Assembly: GCA_002269645.1 (NCBI GenBank) | Contig: NIVC01002022.1 | Location: 1 to 64,000 of the forward strand | DNA length: 64,000 nt | Source of the DNA: Macrostomum lignano | Taxonomy: Eukaryota | Reading direction: 5' to 3' | Part shown: positions 59,116 through 64,000 of the stretch, piece by piece | Position numbering within the stretch: position 1 is the stretch's first letter | Layout of the letters: each line of letters opens with the position of its first letter | Position numbers and translations under genes: made by a program | The notes under the pieces: generated by a model | Told to the model about the DNA's origin: nothing | Database searches by the model: none | Seen by the model: only the letters and a program-made list of their open reading frames with translations

Positions 59116-60659
59116 CTTTGTGCGATTGAGCCGTTATCGGCTGGCAAAGAATCGCCAATACTAAGCGCTAGCTGGAGCAAATTGACCACGCGGCTGTTGC
59201 CAAATTCCTGAGCGCATCGTAGAGCAGGTTGGATCGATTCCAGCTTGCACTGGAGAATGGACTCACGGACTAGCAACTCAGCCACTTCGTAGCGGCCGTT
59301 TTGCGATGCAATGTAGAGAGGCGTCTTGCCAGTCTTAGCTTGAATATTGATGTCAGCTAGCGCTTTAATAAGTAATTCGACAGTCTTCAGGTGGCCACGG
59401 CACGATGCGATGTAGACAGGCGTGCGACCATCGGCTTGCTGATGATTGACATCGACTCGAGCTCTAAGCAGCGATTCGAGCACTCCGGGATGGCCTTGCT
59501 GCGACGCGATGTACAGCGGCGACTCGCCACCGAATTTTCTAATCGCGACATCGGCCTGGGCTTTAAGTAGCGAGTTCACAATCTTATGGTGCCCCCCATT
59601 TGAGGCTACGTAGAGAGGCGTTCGGCCACTTTGTTGCTGGAGATCAACGTTGGCTTGCGCTTTGATGAGCAGGTCAACCACCGATTGATGGCCCTCTAGC
59701 GATGCGATATAGAGAGGCGTCTCGCCCGAGTTCCGTTGAATATCAATGCTGGCTTGCGCTTGTAGAAGTGAATTAACAACTTTTGCGTGACCGTTGCTCG
59801 CTGCAATGTAGAGCGGCGAGTATCCATCCTCATCTTTAAAGTCGATATCCACCAGAGTCTGCACAAGCAAGTCTACCACTTTGTGATGCCCGTTATGAGA
59901 AGCAGCGTACAGAGGCGAGGTTCCGTCATCTGCAAGAATATTAACGTCGGCTTGCGCTTCGATGAGTAAACGAACAACCTTGTGGTGACCGTTTTGCGAT
60001 GCGATGTATACGGATGAGCAGCCGTCTTGTAGTTCTTGTAGATTGACGTCAGCTCCTGCTTTGAGTAGCAAATCGACAACCTCGTAGTGGTCGTTCTGTG
60101 ATGCAATATAGAGTGGCGATTCGCCTGTGTTCCTTGGAAGGTTGACATCGGCTCGGGCATCGATGAGTGAGCTCACCACACGGAGGTGTCCTTCCTGAGA
60201 TGCTATGTAGAGAGGGGAGCAGCCAAGGACCGGCTCGCGAGCATTGACATCGGCCTGCGCTTTGATAAGCGACTTGACCACCTTGTCATGTCCGTTTAGA
60301 CACGCTATGTAGAGAGGGGAGCAGCCATTTCCTTCCAGAAGATTGACATCGGCTCCAGCTTCGATAAGTGAATCGACAATCTCGTGATGGCCTTGATGCG
60401 ATGCGAGGCAAATCGCACTATCGCCTGCCTGATTTTGCCTATTGATTTCTACTTTGGCTTGAATTAGCAGCAAAACAATGCCCTTGCTTCCGTAGTAGGA
60501 GGCCACCATTGCTGGGGTTGCTTTAGCAGACAACGCATCGAAATCGATGACATCCTCGGCAAGACTTCTCTTGGTGGCTAAAATTCCCTGGAACGCTTTG
60601 GTATCGTCGCCTTGAATGGCCGCTAGCAGCTGTTCGTCAGTGGGCGCAAGGGAGCTCAT
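59116..60659 (-). CDS. Ankyrin-repeat exon 1 (about 13 repeats) of the ankyrin-cGLR gene
   Basis: Repeated G.(S/T)PLYIAS..GH..VV..L..A.ADVN units. Donor CAAAG|gttagc at 59116/59115 and acceptor tttcag|A at 59051/59050 (65-nt intron, phase 2) join it in frame to the Mab-21 ORF. Confidence 0.9.
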
Positions 60660-62457
60660 GAATAAAAATTCTCTCTAGAGTGAACAATATTCTTTACACG
60701 AACTTTCAAGAAGTTTTTAGAAGGCTTCTATTTTGCATAGCCTTTAATTATAGCAACTCTGGCTTTCTCGTAGGGCGATTTTCATTGGCGCTTAATTACC
60801 AAGTTCTTTAACAATGCAATAATATAAGGTTTCGTCCTGACGTGCAAAATAATGCTATGCTACTCTCAGTAACTTCTAACGCTTCAAGATTGAGTCTTCG
60901 AAAAGAAGTATTGATAAATGTATTATGCATACAAACAAATACAGACCATCAGAGCATGACAAGTTTCATAGTGCGGTGATGGCAACACCAAAGTTTCACT
61001 AAAGCAATTGGATCTTATAAGATTTTTTTCCGGTCAAATAGCGAAATAGCAAACTCGAGTGCAAATCAAGGACGACTCTCCTTGAGTAAGTCTTCTCCTT
61101 GCTCGCGTACATGCGTACATATCAGTCGCTGCTTGTCCCCAGCGTATATCCTGGCTTGTGTGGCAGTCATTTTTCCTCAAGAACATTAAAAATGTGAGGG
61201 GTGAGGAGGGATTGGGAAGAGCTGAGGGCAAAGATTGGATTAATTGAAGGGCTTCCGCCCGGTGTTCATTGTTTTCTCAAGCATTTTTTTAAATATCCAA
61301 ATGGTTGGTTAGGTGATAGATGCTGGTCGAAAGACACTGCATGCTCACTGGGTCTGGGGCAAAGGGTGGCGACTTTTCGATGTTGCTGAGTATAACTGTT
61401 GAGTTGGCTTTGTTGGATTTAGAAGCGCTCCAACTGGCTAATTCATATCAGATACTTGATTTTATGCACTTACGAGCCCGTAAGATAGCTATGGAGTTGG
61501 ATAGTATGCTACTTGACCAGAAAATCTATAATACACCTTTTCACTTTCAGTTTTAAAAAATACCTGCAACAAATATTAATTTTCAGGCATCCGATTCTGA
61601 CAATTTTTGGTTGTGACAGCTTCGGGTTTCAACCAAGTTGCGACTGAGAATCGACATTTTGCATACACTTTCAACAAAAAGTGAGTCAGTTCTAACAACT
61701 GCCAACTAACTGTCAACAACTTCTAACAACTGTCAGTTCTAACAACTGACACTTAAATAGTCATTTTTGGACACTCCAAACCTTTTACATTACAATGTAT
61801 TGACTTCCTTTTACAGGTAATACAAGCGTATGTACTTACCTGAGAAGTGCTCAAGAAATCGAAACAATCAATAGAACATGAATGGCAGTTGAAGTTGCGC
61901 AGTTGTTCTCGATTTCCTTATTTTATTTGATATGAGCAGCCCGATTATATTACCTGAACAGATGGCTAAGATGTTCTTTAACTCTGGCTAACCCAGACTT
62001 GGCTGAGGGCTTTAACGATCGAAGAGTAAGGACAATGCGTAAAATACAGTTTAGTTGCTAACTAAAGAAGGTAGATTTTTAACTCTCTTTACAGAAAATT
62101 TGTAAAAGAACAAAATATAAATGCTCAATTGAGCAAAGGTCAAATATATTAATTATTGAAAAAGACTGCAGCAACACAGGACCTAGCATGGCGTGAGAAC
62201 GACTGCCTCAGTTTGCTTCCCTCATGAAAGGTGAAATTATGCAAAATGACATGAATAAATGCTTCGTTGCGTGACAAAGAATCGTCGAAAAATATGAAAA
62301 AGTAAAAAAAACTCTAAAAAACAGGAAAAGGCATTGCAGAAATACGAAATTTCTGTCGGATATGATAAAAAACACAATAAAATATTTTTGGGCACTTTTA
62401 GCGCTTGAGGCTACAATATTCATTGAATTTAACGTATTTTAATGAGACTTCATGAAC

Positions 62458-63065
62458 TGTCTGCACTGGGGTTCAGTGAGGTGTCAATCAAGGGCTGTCT
62501 GCACTGGGATTCTGTGAGGTGTCAATCAAGGGCTGTCTGCACTGGGATTCTGTGAGGTGTCAATCAAGGACTCTCTGCACTGGGGTTCAGTGGTGTCTGC
62601 ACTGGGGTTTCAGTGAGGTGTCTGCACTGGGGTTTCAGTGAGGTGTCTGCACTGGGGTTCAGTGAGGTGTCTGCACTGGGGTTCAGTGAGGTGTCTGCAC
62701 TGGGGTTTCAGTGAGGTGTCTGCACTGGGGTTCAGTGAGGTGTCTGCACTGGGGTTCAGTGAGGTGTCTGCACTGGGGTTTCAGTGAGGTGTCTGCACTG
62801 GGGGTTCAGTGAGGTGTCTGCACTGGGGTTCAGTGGTGTCTGCATTGGGGTTCAGTGGTGTCTGCATTGGGGTTCAGTGGTGTCTGCATTGGGGTTCAGT
62901 GGTGTCTGCACTGGGGTTTCAGTGAGGTGTCTGCACTGGGGTTTCAGTGAGGTATCTGCACTGGGTTCAGTGAGGTGTCTGCACTGGGGTTCAGTGGTGT
63001 CTGCATTGGGGTTCAGTGGTGTCTGCATTAGGGTTCTGAAGGTGTTCTGAGGGTTCTGAGGTGTC
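62458..63065 (+). repeat. 24-bp satellite, same family as 43910-45740
   Basis: CAGTGAGGTGTCTGCACTGGGGTT monomers. Confidence 0.94.
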
Positions 63066-63714
63066 TGAATTGGCTTTTTGGTAATTTCTGAATTTAGGCT
63101 TAAAAGTGTATGAATGACTCTGCATTTCGTATCGAGAGCCAGGAAAACTGTAGGACAAATAAATATACAATCTCTTAATCAGCTTTCCAATCCGATCCAT
63201 TGTTAATAGACAAATTTATTGACGTCATGGCAAATCCCCTATTAACCAGTCACAAACAACAAAAGTTAGTAAGCATTAAAATATGAAAACTATAACGGAG
63301 GCAGCTCTTGCCTAGACTAAGCTACAAAAGACTTATTGAATTTGTTGGAAATAAATAATTGTTTTTGGCTTCGACGACCCTAAAACAATGTAAGATGTTA
63401 AAATCAGTATTGAAGTGCATCAGGCTGCTGAATTATATACATAAAATGTGAAAAAAAGCTTGTAAAAGAACAATATAGCTAGTCGAGTGCATATAGAGTC
63501 ACGCATCGCATATGATTTGTTAACAATGACAGACTAGTAGTCAGTGGAAAAGCAAGGCATGCATAATTATAGGTATTACACCTGCTGATCCAAATACACC
63601 GTTGAGTGTTTTCCTATTCCGAAAATGCCTGCAGGTGATTAAAGAGCTCAACAGCTGTACACTTTCTAGAGTCGAACACGAAGCATCTTATTGCTGTGTA
63701 AATACGAGTCCACT

Positions 63715-64000
63715 TAGATCCCTACTTTTTGATCCCTATTCACTCACTATGATCCTTACTCTGTCACTATGAGCCCTACTCACTCAATATGATCCCTATT
63801 CACTCACTATGATCCCCTACTCACTCACTATGATCCCCTACTCACTCACTATGATCCCCTACTCACTCACTATGATCCCCTACTCACTCACTATGATCCC
63901 CTACTCACTCACTATGATCCCCTACTCACTCACTATGATCCCTACTCACTCACTATGATCCCTACTCACTCACTATGATCCCCTACTCACTCACTATGAT
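63715..64000 (+). repeat. 20-21-bp minisatellite (CTCACTCACTATGATCCCCTA)n running off the window
   Basis: More than 10 tandem copies. Confidence 0.94.

Overview
Repeat-rich animal genomic DNA, not prokaryotic. Spliceosomal GT-AG introns, many minisatellites, SINE/LINE/LTR/hAT elements and 37-65 nt introns suggest a flatworm such as Macrostomum (inference). From left to right: (1) 1-3.1 kb, a CpG-stripped region that appears to hold a C>T-decayed dead gene; (2) 3.5-13.3 kb, three co-oriented genes, MRPL47 (2 exons, 1-nt frameshift), RPL36 and a single extended-Tudor gene, with satellite-filled introns and spacers; (3) 16-56.5 kb, a tandem array of six intact, intronless genes for secreted C-type-lectin + PAN/Apple proteins. 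Their framework is near-identical, their putative ligand-binding loops are hypervariable and shuffled between copies, and the units are invaded by a Penelope element, an RNase H LINE, Gypsy pieces, solo-LTR-like elements, hAT MITEs, SINEs and satellites; (4) 57.2-60.7 kb, a spliced gene fusing about 13 ankyrin repeats to a Mab-21/cGAS-like nucleotidyltransferase with intact-looking catalytic acidic residues. The best candidate for a new system is the diversifying lectin-PAN array beside an ANK-cGLR, a possible innate-recognition locus. A second notable item is a young 2.4-kb gag-protease mini-LTR element lacking RT, RNase H and the integrase core.
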